A stretch of DNA of 64,000 nucleotides from Candidatus Levyibacteriota bacterium (GTDB lineage Bacteria > Patescibacteriota > Microgenomatia > Levybacterales > UBA12049): contig OY970292.1 of the NCBI GenBank assembly GCA_963716145.1, positions 12,104-76,103 on the forward strand. The letters run 5' to 3'. Position numbers and translations under genes: made by a program. Positions 1 through 9,397 of this stretch are shown here, in pieces (positions within the stretch are counted from its first letter, which is position 1; each line of letters opens with the position of its first letter). The notes under the pieces are model-generated. The model ran no database searches and was not told the DNA's origin. It saw only the letters and a program-made list of their open reading frames with translations.

Positions 1-1197
1 CAACAGGATTAATAGCTGCTGCTCTTTACGCGGTGTCTCCACTTGTTATTATTTATTCGCGTTCTTCCTGGAATCCCAATCCTATGCCCTTTATCACGCT
101 ACTTCTTCTGTACAGTCTCTATCGGGCAGTAAATAATAATTCCTGGAAATATTTTTTGGGAGTTGGGTTTTTATACGGGATTGCATTGCAGTTGCACTAT
201 ATTGAACTTTTTGTCGGGGTAATTATTTTTTGCTTTACTCTATTCGGCTTTTTTTATTTTAAAAGAAAAAATATTTTTATTTTAATAAAACAATATTTAG
301 CGCTGCTTAGCGGATTTATAATCGGGTTTTCTCCATTTTTGATGTTTGAGGGGGCGCCACGGTTTTCCCAATACCAGAACAATTGCTAACTTTGTTCTAC
401 ACGGTGATCCCGGTGCTACTGACCTGACACATAAGTCTTTTGTTCAGATTATCCAGGATGTGTTTTTCCGCGTTTTTGCCCGGACTATGTGGCGTTTCCC
501 GTCTCCAGACTTAATTCCTTTATGGGATAAAAATATATTATTTGCTTTGCAAATATTGATTATTGTTGTTGCCTTTGTATCTATTTTTTATGTACTAAAA
601 ATAAAGAATAAGTTGATTGTCGCGTTCTTAACAATGTGGCTTGGATTTGGAGTAGTATTATTTGGTTTTTATAAAAAACCGATAAATGATTATAATTTTG
701 AATTTTTATTTCCTCTGCCATTTTTGATAACTGCTTATTTTTTGGACAGTCTTTTTAGACAGAAAAAAATTGGAGTTATGGGAAAAGGGATCGCAGTAGG
801 ACTATTCGTCTTTCTTTTTGGATATAACTTGTATTACTTACCTTTTCGTGATCAGCCCAACAGGCAATTAAATCAAATGAAAACTATTTCTGAATTTGTC
901 CTTTCCAAAACTGATGGCAAGCCATTTAATTTCGCGCTTCTGACCGCAGGTAATTCAGATCATGCATATAGATATTTTTTCAGAGTTAAGCACAGAGACC
1001 CTGTCACTTTGGAAAACATGATAAGCGATCCTAAGAGAAAATCGGTAACCGGCCAGCTGCTTATTGTTTGTGAAGATCTCCATTGCGCTCCTCTGGGCAA
1101 TCCGTTATTTGAAGTTGCCGGGTTTGGCAGAGCCGAAATCGCAGGAGAGTGGAATATATCAGTAGTAAGAGTTTACAAACTAGTCCCCTTTAAGTAG
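1..1197 (+). CDS. GT-C (ArnT/PMT-like, GT39) membrane glycosyltransferase, 5'-partial, apparent frameshift near 350
   Basis: Frame open from window start; multi-TM protein with SRSSWNPN and LQLHY motifs; ORFs 33-389 and 346-1197 join at a G-run. Confidence 0.75.
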
Positions 1198-1216
1198 GAT
1201 TCCCGTAGCTAAAACA

Positions 1217-1242
1217 AAACCCCCACATAAAGCGGGGGTTTT
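1217..1242. terminator. Bidirectional intrinsic terminator
   Basis: aaaac-ccccac-ataaa-gcgggg-gtttt hairpin with A/T tails between convergent genes. Confidence 0.65.
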
Positions 1243-1290
1243 GAAAATTTGTTCCTTGAAGATTTTTGAGATTCTTCAAGGAGATTCCAG

Positions 1291-1434
1291 TTATTTTGAA
1301 CCGATTTTGTACATTCCTGTACCACAATCTGGACATTTGGATTTCAAAGCTGGTTTACCATTTTTCATGGTTACCTTTTCAGGATTATCAACTTCCTTTT
1401 TTGCTCTACATTTAACACAATACATGCTTGCCAT
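1291..1434 (-). CDS. DUF5679-like zinc-ribbon small protein (47 aa)
   Basis: Manual translation MASMYCVKCRAKKEVDNPEKVTMKNGKPALKSKCPDCGTGMYKIGSK with two CxxC; SD AGGAGGTGA upstream (1441-1449). Confidence 0.85.
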   Translation of the reverse strand: MASMYCVKCRAKKEVDNPEKVTMKNGKPALKSKCPDCGTGMYKIGSK

Positions 1435-1485
1435 ATATAATCACCTCCTTTCAAAATAAAATAAACAATGGACAGTTAGGTTTTA

Positions 1486-1773
1486 TTAAATGCCTTTGAC
1501 CGTGAATCTAATAACAATTTCTGCAATTATAATCGCGCTGGTAAGCAGTATTGTTCGCCTGAGATCACTTGAGAGATAACTGTAAGAATTAGTTGTAATT
1601 GTTGCTTGGTTGTTGGATTTTGACTTAGCCGCAACTGGATGGGAGATAGAAGAACTTTTCTGACTGGGAAGAGAATAGGTTGCGCTATCAACCTTCTTTA
1701 CTTCTACTGGAGCGACTTTACGCCTTAAATCTGCGAGTATTTTCTGTTTTCGTGTTTTTACCTTCTTAGGCAT
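1486..1773 (-). CDS. Hypothetical basic protein with C-terminal TM helix
   Basis: 95-aa ATG ORF; Lys-rich N-terminus; YLSSDLRRT followed by hydrophobic tail. Confidence 0.7.
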   Translation of the reverse strand: MPKKVKTRKQKILADLRRKVAPVEVKKVDSATYSLPSQKSSSISHPVAAKSKSNNQATITTNSYSYLSSDLRRTILLTSAIIIAEIVIRFTVKGI

Positions 1774-1827
1774 GAGTGAGCCTAGATTACACTATTGACT
1801 TGAGGTATGTCAAGAGGCTAATATTAA

Positions 1828-2295
1828 TTGATGCAATCTCTCCCTGTTATCTTAGCACTCCTAGTTATTATCGTGTGGATGGGGATTCTTACTTTTTATC
1901 TACGGAGAATGGTCCGGAATTATAGCGTATTTACAGAAGGTGTACATAAAAAAACACTTGAGGATGTATTGACTAACATGGTCAAGGAACAGAAAATCAC
2001 AAAAAAGGATATTGCCTTTTTGTCCACACGTTGTGATAATATAGAAAAGGACGGATTATTGCATATCCAAAAAATAGGCCTACTCCGTTTTAATCCATTC
2101 AAAGATACAGGAGGGGATCAGAGTTTCATTCTGTCTTTGATCAATGCTGAAGACACGGGCGTTGTAATTACAGCATTGTACTCAAGATCAGGAACGCGCT
2201 GGTATGCAAAGAGAGTGAATCATGGAAAAGGAGTCGAGCATGAACTGTCTGAGGATGAAAAAAAATCCCTAAAGATGGCAAAGAGCAGTAATTAG
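1828..2295 (+). CDS. DUF4446 family protein
   Basis: N-terminal TM and coiled coil; KIGLLRFNPFKDTGGDQSF motif. Confidence 0.8.
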   Translation: MMQSLPVILALLVIIVWMGILTFYLRRMVRNYSVFTEGVHKKTLEDVLTNMVKEQKITKKDIAFLSTRCDNIEKDGLLHIQKIGLLRFNPFKDTGGDQSFILSLINAEDTGVVITALYSRSGTRWYAKRVNHGKGVEHELSEDEKKSLKMAKSSN

Positions 2296-2301
2296 CAATC
2301 T

Positions 2302-3465
2302 ATGAATAATAAAATCAAAATTATCGGAGTCTTAGTTTATCTTATCTCAACAGGTATAGGCTATTTTGTTTTTTCAGGTTCTTCAATCGCTCAGAATTCA
2401 TCAGCCCCGGTCCCATCAACAGCAAAGGTAGACAATGATTACGAAGCCTTGACTTTTGATCCCAATGCTTCAAAGACGGAAGAATGCCCAGTTAACGGTG
2501 CGATGTATTCAAAAGATCAAAAAAACTGGTGGGAGAAGCATAGGCCTCTTGGGATTATGATTGAGAATCATTCTGATTCCAGGCCACAATCCGGTATCAA
2601 TGCTGCCGATGTCACCTACGAGGCGGTTGCTGAAGGGGGAATTACTAGGACTTTAAATATTTATTATTGCCAGGACGCTGGAATTGTAGGCCCGGTGCGC
2701 TCTGCAAGAACTTATTTTCTTGATTTTGTTTCAGAGTATGGCGACAATCCACTTTATGCGCACGTTGGAGGCGCGAACACTCCCGGACCTGCTGACGCAT
2801 TGGGACAGATCAATGATTATGGGTGGGGTGGTTATAATGATTTGAATCAGTTCTCAATAGGTTTTCCAACTTACCGACGTGATGAGAGTAGGCTTGGTCG
2901 GAGTGTCGCGACGGAGCATACAATGTACTCTGTTACAACTAAATTGTGGGAAATTGGGGCGAAAAGAAAGCTGACCAATGTTAATGAAGATGGGGAATCG
3001 TGGGACGAGAATTTTGTTAAATATACATTTAAAGATGATGAATCTGAGCCCAAAAGAGGAAATACAAAGTCTATAAATATCGAATTTTGGAATGATCCCA
3101 GTTACTACGTAGATTGGATGTACGATAAAAAGAGCAATACTTACCTTAGAAAAAATGGAGGTACGGAGCACATTGATCGTAATACCAAAAAGCAGCTTTC
3201 GGCTAAAAATCTCGTAATTTTGTATATGGCTGAGAGGCACGCGAATGACGGCTACGAAGGAAACGCGCATCTACTCTACGGCACAAAAGGTTCCGGCAAG
3301 GCCTCAGTATTTATAGATGGAAAGGAAATAAAAGGAAAGTGGAGCAAGAAAGATAGAGAGAGCAGAACAATTTTGACCGATAATAACGGGGATGAGATAG
3401 AATTCAACAGAGGCAAAATTTGGTTTGAGGTCCAAGCCACAGATGGAACAGTTACAGTCAAATAA
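2302..3465 (+). CDS. DUF3048 domain protein
   Basis: RPLGIMIEN, RPQSG, YEAVAEGGITR and GPVRSAR motifs. Confidence 0.85.
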   Translation: MNNKIKIIGVLVYLISTGIGYFVFSGSSIAQNSSAPVPSTAKVDNDYEALTFDPNASKTEECPVNGAMYSKDQKNWWEKHRPLGIMIENHSDSRPQSGINAADVTYEAVAEGGITRTLNIYYCQDAGIVGPVRSARTYFLDFVSEYGDNPLYAHVGGANTPGPADALGQINDYGWGGYNDLNQFSIGFPTYRRDESRLGRSVATEHTMYSVTTKLWEIGAKRKLTNVNEDGESWDENFVKYTFKDDESEPKRGNTKSINIEFWNDPSYYVDWMYDKKSNTYLRKNGGTEHIDRNTKKQLSAKNLVILYMAERHANDGYEGNAHLLYGTKGSGKASVFIDGKEIKGKWSKKDRESRTILTDNNGDEIEFNRGKIWFEVQATDGTVTVK

Positions 3466-3517
3466 ATTCATTGACAAATCCCCATGCTTGCATTATTGTT
3501 ATAGTAGCTAACAATAT

Positions 3518-5059
3518 ATGGACAGAACAAATAAAACCTTTCGTATTAAAAGGAAGCATATAAATCTTTTTTATCTCTTCGCTTTCGCGGTGATGCTTCT
3601 TGTTACTCCCCTGATCATAGTTCAAAACCAACAGCAAACTCAAACTAAATCAAAGGCAGCACCTCCGGAGTGTCCTTATGCGGATGCTCTCCTTTCAGTG
3701 GTTTCGCTGGCCCAGCTGTATCTGATCTTCAGACACGTCTTGAGGCTAAGGGGTACAGCGTAGGTGCTCCTGGAGTAGACGGGCAATTCGGCCCGTTAAC
3801 TGAAGGAGCTGTAAGGAATTTCCAGACAGATCAGAATAAAAACGATCCAGCCTTTTTGATAGATGGTATTGTAGGTCCTCAGACTTGGGAAGCTCTTTGT
3901 GGTGTTAATCTTCCAGGTGGTGGAGGTGGAGGGACTGCACCCGGTCCTGGTGGAGGAGTGGACCCTGTAGGAAATGATAGTGCGTGCGTGAGTCCAAATA
4001 AAGGGGGATGGTGCGAAGACACCGGTGGAAAAGGACCGGGTGAGTCCTGCTCTGTCGGTGGTCAACCAGGTACTTATGAGTCAGGATTATGCAACAGTAA
4101 TCCGTCTTCCACATATCTTTGCTGTGCGCCCAATGGATCGGCTGGGGGTGGAGGAGGACAACCACCTCCTCAGCAGGCGCAAGCATGTAAAGATCTAAGC
4201 TTTGATGCTTGTGAAAGCTCCGGGCTAACCTGTCATACGGAATCCGATAATATGGGTGGATATTGCGTAGACGGTGCACCTTATGTTGCACCACCACCTA
4301 GCGACTTGGATGTAAAAGATTGTGCAGCAAGGGCTTCCAGAGTATTGTGAATCACTAAATCCTGGTAAATGTAAGCTTTCAAATAATGCGTGTAGCATAG
4401 CAAGTGTTGGTCAGAGTGTGGGTATATCTGTTTCGCTTCAGGGTATTGGATTAGGTGCTGGAGAAAATCAAAGTCCGCAGGAACAAATAGTATCTGCGAT
4501 TGTAAAAATTCAGACTAATACAAATGGAGCCATCAAGACTGTTGCTTCGGCAACTGATACTTTAACCTATGATCGTACTACAGGTAAATATGCTAACCCA
4601 AAATTCAACCTCGGTAAAGTTGCCTCCGGCAATTACCAAATGGTTATGCAAGTCGAAACATATATGGATAAGCAGTTATCCACAAAAAATGGAACGAATA
4701 CCTTTGTACTTGGATCGGTAGCTAAAGTTGATGCTGCTCCTGTGCAAATGAGCGCCGGTGATGTGGCCCCATCTCCGCATGGAGACAACTTTGTAAATAT
4801 TATTGACTACAACGCTGTAATCGGTTGTATGCCCGGTTCGCCAGCTGGCGCATGTCTTAATAAGAAATTTGCTGATCTAAATGATGATGGGGCAGTTGAT
4901 CAGAAAGATCTTGACCTACTTCAGTCCAATTTTGGACAATCAGGATTTTCTTTCCAGACGTCTGAGTTTAGTTGTGAACCTGACCCGACCTGTAATGACG
5001 GTAAAGGGGCTCTTCAACTCTGCTCCCTCCTATGCTCCAAAAAAACGCAAAGAAGTTAG
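3518..5059 (+). CDS. Surface protein with TM anchor, peptidoglycan-binding domain, Cys/Gly-rich linker and dockerin-like C-terminus (two apparent frameshifts)
   Basis: Three overlapping ORFs join at ~3700 and ~4330; DGQFGPLTEGAVRNFQ...DGIVGPQTW (PG_binding_1); DNFVNIIDY and DLNDDGAVDQKD (dockerin-like). Confidence 0.7.
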
Positions 5060-5061
5060 GA

Positions 5062-5515
5062 CAATTTGAAATTTTCAATTTAAAATTTGAAATGAAATAT
5101 AAATGATTAAAACTTCAAACAAGAAGTATGACTTGGAAGAACGCACTGCTATATTTTCTGAAAAGATAATTGATTTATGCAAAAATGCTCCTAAAACTGT
5201 TATAACAACTCCTATTATTGGTCAGCTAATACGCTCAGGAACAAGTATTGGAGCTAACTACTGCGAAGCAAATGGAGCAAGTAGTAAAAAAGACTTTAAA
5301 AATAAGATATTTATCTGCAAAAAAGAATCAAAAGAAACAAAATACTGGTTAAGGCTACTCGCAAAAGCAGCAGAAGAGTTAAAAGAAGAATGTAGAGAGC
5401 TATGGCAGGAAGCTCAAGAATTTACTTTGATATTTTCTAAAATAGCTACGAATACAGTTACTTAATTGAAAATTAAAGCATTTAGTATTCATTGAAAACT
5501 GAAAATTTCAAATTG
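5062..5515. mobile_element. Putative mini-element: four-helix-bundle gene between 16-bp perfect inverted repeats
   Basis: CAATTTGAAATTTTCA (5062-5077) and TGAAAATTTCAAATTG (5500-5515), embedded in heptameric AT-rich tracts. Confidence 0.55.
5103..5465 (+). CDS. Four helix bundle protein (TIGR02436 / 23S rRNA IVP-like, Avd-like fold)
   Basis: YDLEERT, QLIRSGTSIGANYCEA, KKESKETKYWLRLL motifs. Confidence 0.9.
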   Translation: MIKTSNKKYDLEERTAIFSEKIIDLCKNAPKTVITTPIIGQLIRSGTSIGANYCEANGASSKKDFKNKIFICKKESKETKYWLRLLAKAAEELKEECRELWQEAQEFTLIFSKIATNTVT

Positions 5516-5543
5516 AAAATTTTATTTACGTCTTTTTGATGGC

Positions 5544-5572
5544 TTGACTGCTAGACCAATTCGGGCTAAAAT
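5544..5572 (+). promoter_or_regulatory. Sigma70-type promoter
   Basis: TTGACT-N17-TAAAAT upstream of the 5590-8435 operon. Confidence 0.55.
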
Positions 5573-5589
5573 GTATAAAAAATTGCTAT

Positions 5590-6165
5590 ATGTTTGAAGA
5601 TCTAATTACATCCAAGTCCCGAGTCAAGCTGTTAGAGCTTTTTCTAGCCTCGCCAGGCGACATGTATCATGTCCGTGAATGCGTAAGAAGAGTTAAAGAA
5701 GAGATTAATGCAGTCCGGCGAGAGCTAATACTTCTTGAAAAAAAAGGAGTTCTCAAAAAAGAACCCCGCGCCAACCGTGTTTATTATTCTCTTTCCAAGG
5801 ATTATCCATTTTATTTTGATCTTTTAAGAATTGGGGCAAAAACCATGGGCTTGGGGCAGGCGATCTTGGCAAACCGCGCAAAATTGGGGAAAATAAAATT
5901 TGCTATGTTGTCTGGTAAATTTGTAAGGCGTATAAAAGAGTCTCCCGAGGATGTTGATTTGTTGGTAGTTGGGACTATTGTGCTTCCTGAGCTGGCGATT
6001 TTGGTCCGCAGCGAAGAAGCTCGGCTTGGCGTTGAAATTAATTACACTGTTATGACTGAGGAGGAATTAAAATTCCGCAAAACACGAAACGATCCGTTTC
6101 TGGGTGCTATTTTATCAGGGTCAAGGATAATGCTTATGGGAGATGAGGAAGGAATGCTGACATGA
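5590..6165 (+). CDS. wHTH plus degenerate nucleotidyltransferase-like protein
   Basis: N-terminal wHTH (NAVRRELILLE); DVDLLVVG motif; EINYTVMT. Confidence 0.7.
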   Translation: MFEDLITSKSRVKLLELFLASPGDMYHVRECVRRVKEEINAVRRELILLEKKGVLKKEPRANRVYYSLSKDYPFYFDLLRIGAKTMGLGQAILANRAKLGKIKFAMLSGKFVRRIKESPEDVDLLVVGTIVLPELAILVRSEEARLGVEINYTVMTEEELKFRKTRNDPFLGAILSGSRIMLMGDEEGMLT

Positions 6166-7523
6166 AGCATCCCCGGCTGCTCATTGTTATTGTATTTTTA
6201 GTTACCGCAATATCAATATTTCTTAATTTGACCCAAAGCTACTCGATAAATATTGGCCCCTACCACACTAAATTTCCAGGCATTAGTCCAAATTTTATTC
6301 CCGGTGTTAAGATTAACCGCAATTTTGATTTTCGAAAAGGACTGGATCTTGAAGGAGGGACAAGTATCACTCTTAAGGCAGACATGAAAGGGGTTCCTGA
6401 GGCACAGCAGAAGAATGCGCTGGATAGTGCAAAATCCGTAATTGAAAAAAGAATTAATCCATCAGGAGTTTCAGAGGCATTGGTGCAGACAGTAAAAGTA
6501 AATAAGGATTATCGGATAATTGTTGAAATCCCGGGTGTTACCGACGTCAAACAGGCCTTGGAGCTGGTTGGAAAAACAGCCAAACTATCTTTTTGGGAAG
6601 AGGATTCTTTAAATAAGAATTCGATAGCAACGGATTCGGCAAAACTGGCGTCAGAATCAGCTGTACCTTTTGGTATAATTCGGGGACTTGGCCCTTCCGC
6701 GAAGAAAACTGACCTTACGGGTGCGGATTTAAAACATGCAAGTGTTTCATTTAATCAAAATAGCGGAAAGCCACAAATAGATCTTGAATTTGATTCAAAA
6801 GGAGCTAAGAAATTTGCCGATATTACCAAGCGAAATGTAGGAAAAAGTGTAGCTATCGCGCTTGATGATCAGGTGATTACTGCTCCCAGTGTTAATGAGC
6901 CTATTTTTGGTGGGAGAGCTCAGATTAGTGGTAATTTTACAACTGCTGAAGCAAATACTCTGCAAAGTCAACTAAATGCGGGAGCGCTTCCCATATCCCT
7001 ATCGGTTTTAGAACAAAAAGCAACCGGCGCTACTCTGGGAGAGGCATCTTTGCAAAAAAGTTTACTCGCCGGAGCTATAGGATTTTTAGTAATTGTTATA
7101 TTTATGATAGTTCTCTACGGCAGGTTAGGGCTTATCGCCAGTCTTGCGTTGGTTGTTTATATGCTGCTTGTTTTATCATTATTCCGTCTTATTCCGGTTA
7201 CTTTGACGCTTGCCGGTATTGCCGGGTTTATACTGTCGATTGGGGTGGCAGTTGATGCTAACATTCTTATATTTGAGCGGATGAAAGAGGAGATGAGGCG
7301 GGGAATATCACATGAAACCGCGATTGATCTTGGTTTTTCAAGAGCATGGCCGTCTATCCGCGATTCAAATGTCTCAAGTCTTATTACCAGCTCAATACTT
7401 TATTATTTCGGAACGACAATTGTCAGGGGATTTGCTTTCACGCTCGCACTTGGTGTTATTGTTTCGATGTTCTCGGCAATTGTTGTGACAAGAACATTTT
7501 TGAGATTACTTTATAAAAATTAA
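6162..7523 (+). CDS. secD: Protein translocase subunit SecD
   Basis: GLDLEGG, LNAGALP, IGVAVDANILIFER, VRGFAFTL motifs. Confidence 0.95.
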   Translation: MKHPRLLIVIVFLVTAISIFLNLTQSYSINIGPYHTKFPGISPNFIPGVKINRNFDFRKGLDLEGGTSITLKADMKGVPEAQQKNALDSAKSVIEKRINPSGVSEALVQTVKVNKDYRIIVEIPGVTDVKQALELVGKTAKLSFWEEDSLNKNSIATDSAKLASESAVPFGIIRGLGPSAKKTDLTGADLKHASVSFNQNSGKPQIDLEFDSKGAKKFADITKRNVGKSVAIALDDQVITAPSVNEPIFGGRAQISGNFTTAEANTLQSQLNAGALPISLSVLEQKATGATLGEASLQKSLLAGAIGFLVIVIFMIVLYGRLGLIASLALVVYMLLVLSLFRLIPVTLTLAGIAGFILSIGVAVDANILIFERMKEEMRRGISHETAIDLGFSRAWPSIRDSNVSSLITSSILYYFGTTIVRGFAFTLALGVIVSMFSAIVVTRTFLRLLYKN

Positions 7524-7526
7524 ATT

Positions 7527-8435
7527 ATGTTAAATATAATCGGACGGAAAAATATTTACTTTTTAATATCGATTCTGGTAATCATACCCGGAATAATATC
7601 CCTATTTTTATGGGGACTTAGGCTTTCAATTGACTTTACAGGCGGATCACGCACAACTTTTCTTTTTCCCAAAACTGTAAATCAAAAAACAGTTGAAAAA
7701 GTAGAGACTGTTTTTAAACAAGAGAAAACAGAAATTGTATCAGTTAGGCAATCGGATAAAAGATTAATTGTCCAAACAAAGCCATTAGATGAAAAGCAGA
7801 ATAGTACAATTCTAAAAGGTATTAAAAAAAGCGTAGGAACAGTTAAGCAGGAAGAATTTGAAACCATAGGGGCCACAATTGGAGCGGAGACGACACTGAA
7901 CGCCTTTAAAACAATTCTATTCGCGTCTATTTTGATTGTTATCTATATTGCCTATTCTTTCAGGAAAGTACCAAAGCCTGCCAGTAGTTGGAGATTTGGA
8001 GTTTGCGCGATAATCGCCTTGATTCACGATGTACTGGTGGTTGTTGGAATTTTTTCTCTGCTCGGTCACTTTTTGCATGTTGAGGTAGATAGTCTTTTTA
8101 TAACGGCAATTCTTACGGTAATCGGGTTTTCAGTACATGATACTATCGTAGTTTTTGATAGAATACGTGAAAATTTGCGCAAATCTATTGGGGTTTCCTT
8201 TCCTCAGGTTGTGAATGATTCTGTTTTACAGACTTTGGTCCGCTCCTTAAACACGTCTTTAACTGCAATTCTTATGCTTTTGACTCTACTTCTTTTTGGA
8301 GGAGAAAGCGTAAGGTGGTTTGTAGCAGCACTATTAATTGGGATAGTTAGCGGAACATATTCTTCAATCTTTAACGCTGCTCCGTTTTTAGTTGTGTGGC
8401 AGGAATGGGACGAAAAAAGAAGAATTAAGAAGTAA
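7527..8435 (+). CDS. secF: Protein translocase subunit SecF
   Basis: IDFTGG, HDV, GFSVHDTIVVFDRIRE, GTYSSIF motifs. Confidence 0.95.
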   Translation: MLNIIGRKNIYFLISILVIIPGIISLFLWGLRLSIDFTGGSRTTFLFPKTVNQKTVEKVETVFKQEKTEIVSVRQSDKRLIVQTKPLDEKQNSTILKGIKKSVGTVKQEEFETIGATIGAETTLNAFKTILFASILIVIYIAYSFRKVPKPASSWRFGVCAIIALIHDVLVVVGIFSLLGHFLHVEVDSLFITAILTVIGFSVHDTIVVFDRIRENLRKSIGVSFPQVVNDSVLQTLVRSLNTSLTAILMLLTLLLFGGESVRWFVAALLIGIVSGTYSSIFNAAPFLVVWQEWDEKRRIKK

Positions 8436-8455
8436 GAATCAAGAATTAGGGAAGA

Positions 8456-8908
8456 TTATTTTACTAGCTCCTCATTAACAATCCTACTGACCGTTCCTCC
8501 GTCTGCTTTGCCTTTTGTCGCCGGCATAAGAGTGCCCATCACTTTTCCCATGTCAGCCGGAGATGAAGCTCCTGTTTGAGATATCGCATCTATAACAAGT
8601 TTCCTTATTTCATCTTCTCCCATTTGCGCCGGTAAATACGCTTCGAGGATTTGAAGTTCTTTTTTCTCTTTATCTACCAATTCTGTGCGTCCCGCTGATT
8701 GAAATTGCTCGACTGAGTCTCTGTGTTGTTTGGCCTCTTTTTGGATTACTGACAAGACATCTTCCTCATTTGCATTGTAGCCAGCGCCGCCTTTTTGTAT
8801 CTCATAGTATCCGATTGCGGAAATCACCATACGCAGAACCGACGTCTTAGCTGAGTCTTTCGCAAGCATCGCTTGTTTTAGTTCATCCTGCAGTTGCTGT
8901 TTGGTCAT
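8456..8908 (-). CDS. GatB/YqeY domain protein
   Basis: LKQAMLAKD, EAYLPAQM, DMGKVMG, KADG motifs; start placed at MTKQQ. Confidence 0.9.
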   Translation of the reverse strand: MTKQQLQDELKQAMLAKDSAKTSVLRMVISAIGYYEIQKGGAGYNANEEDVLSVIQKEAKQHRDSVEQFQSAGRTELVDKEKKELQILEAYLPAQMGEDEIRKLVIDAISQTGASSPADMGKVMGTLMPATKGKADGGTVSRIVNEELVK

Positions 8909-8995
8909 ATGTGTAATTATATCACAACCAAATTCTGCTTTGCAGAACTTGACAGGAAAAATTTCAATAGCTATCATTATTTGAAGCACAATATA

Positions 8996-9397
8996 ATGAA
9001 AAAAATCCTTATTGTAGAAGATGATTTTTTTATAAGAGATGTTTATAGTCGTATTTTTTCAATATCAGGATTTGACGTACAAGTGGCGATTGATGGATTG
9101 GATGGATTAGAAAAGATAAAGGGCTCTCAGGTCTATGACATAATACTTCTTGATGCTATGATGCCCAAGATGTCCGGCATAGAGGTGCTGGGTGCATTAC
9201 GCTCACTGAATACTTCTGTGAAAGATACTCCGGTTTTTATAATTACCAATTTGGGACAACAACAGCTTATTGATGATGCATTTAAATTGGGTATGGACGG
9301 GTATATTATTAAATCCCAAGTAACTCCTCAACAATTGGTAGATGAGATAAATACCTTTCTGAAAGGCAAAGAAACAGAAAAAGCTAACGCACTATAA
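8996..9397 (+). CDS. Single-domain response regulator (CheY-like receiver)
   Basis: MKKILIVEDD, LLDAMMPKMSG, ITN, YIIK. Confidence 0.9.
   Translation: MKKILIVEDDFFIRDVYSRIFSISGFDVQVAIDGLDGLEKIKGSQVYDIILLDAMMPKMSGIEVLGALRSLNTSVKDTPVFIITNLGQQQLIDDAFKLGMDGYIIKSQVTPQQLVDEINTFLKGKETEKANAL

Noticed and set aside
1241-1459. 72-aa plus-strand ORF and the many other short antisense ORFs in the track
   Set aside because: They are shadows of well-supported genes on the opposite strand or in another frame
5103-5465. Diversity-generating retroelement (Avd-like gene)
   Set aside because: No reverse transcriptase and no TR/VR pair with adenine-specific mismatches seen in the window
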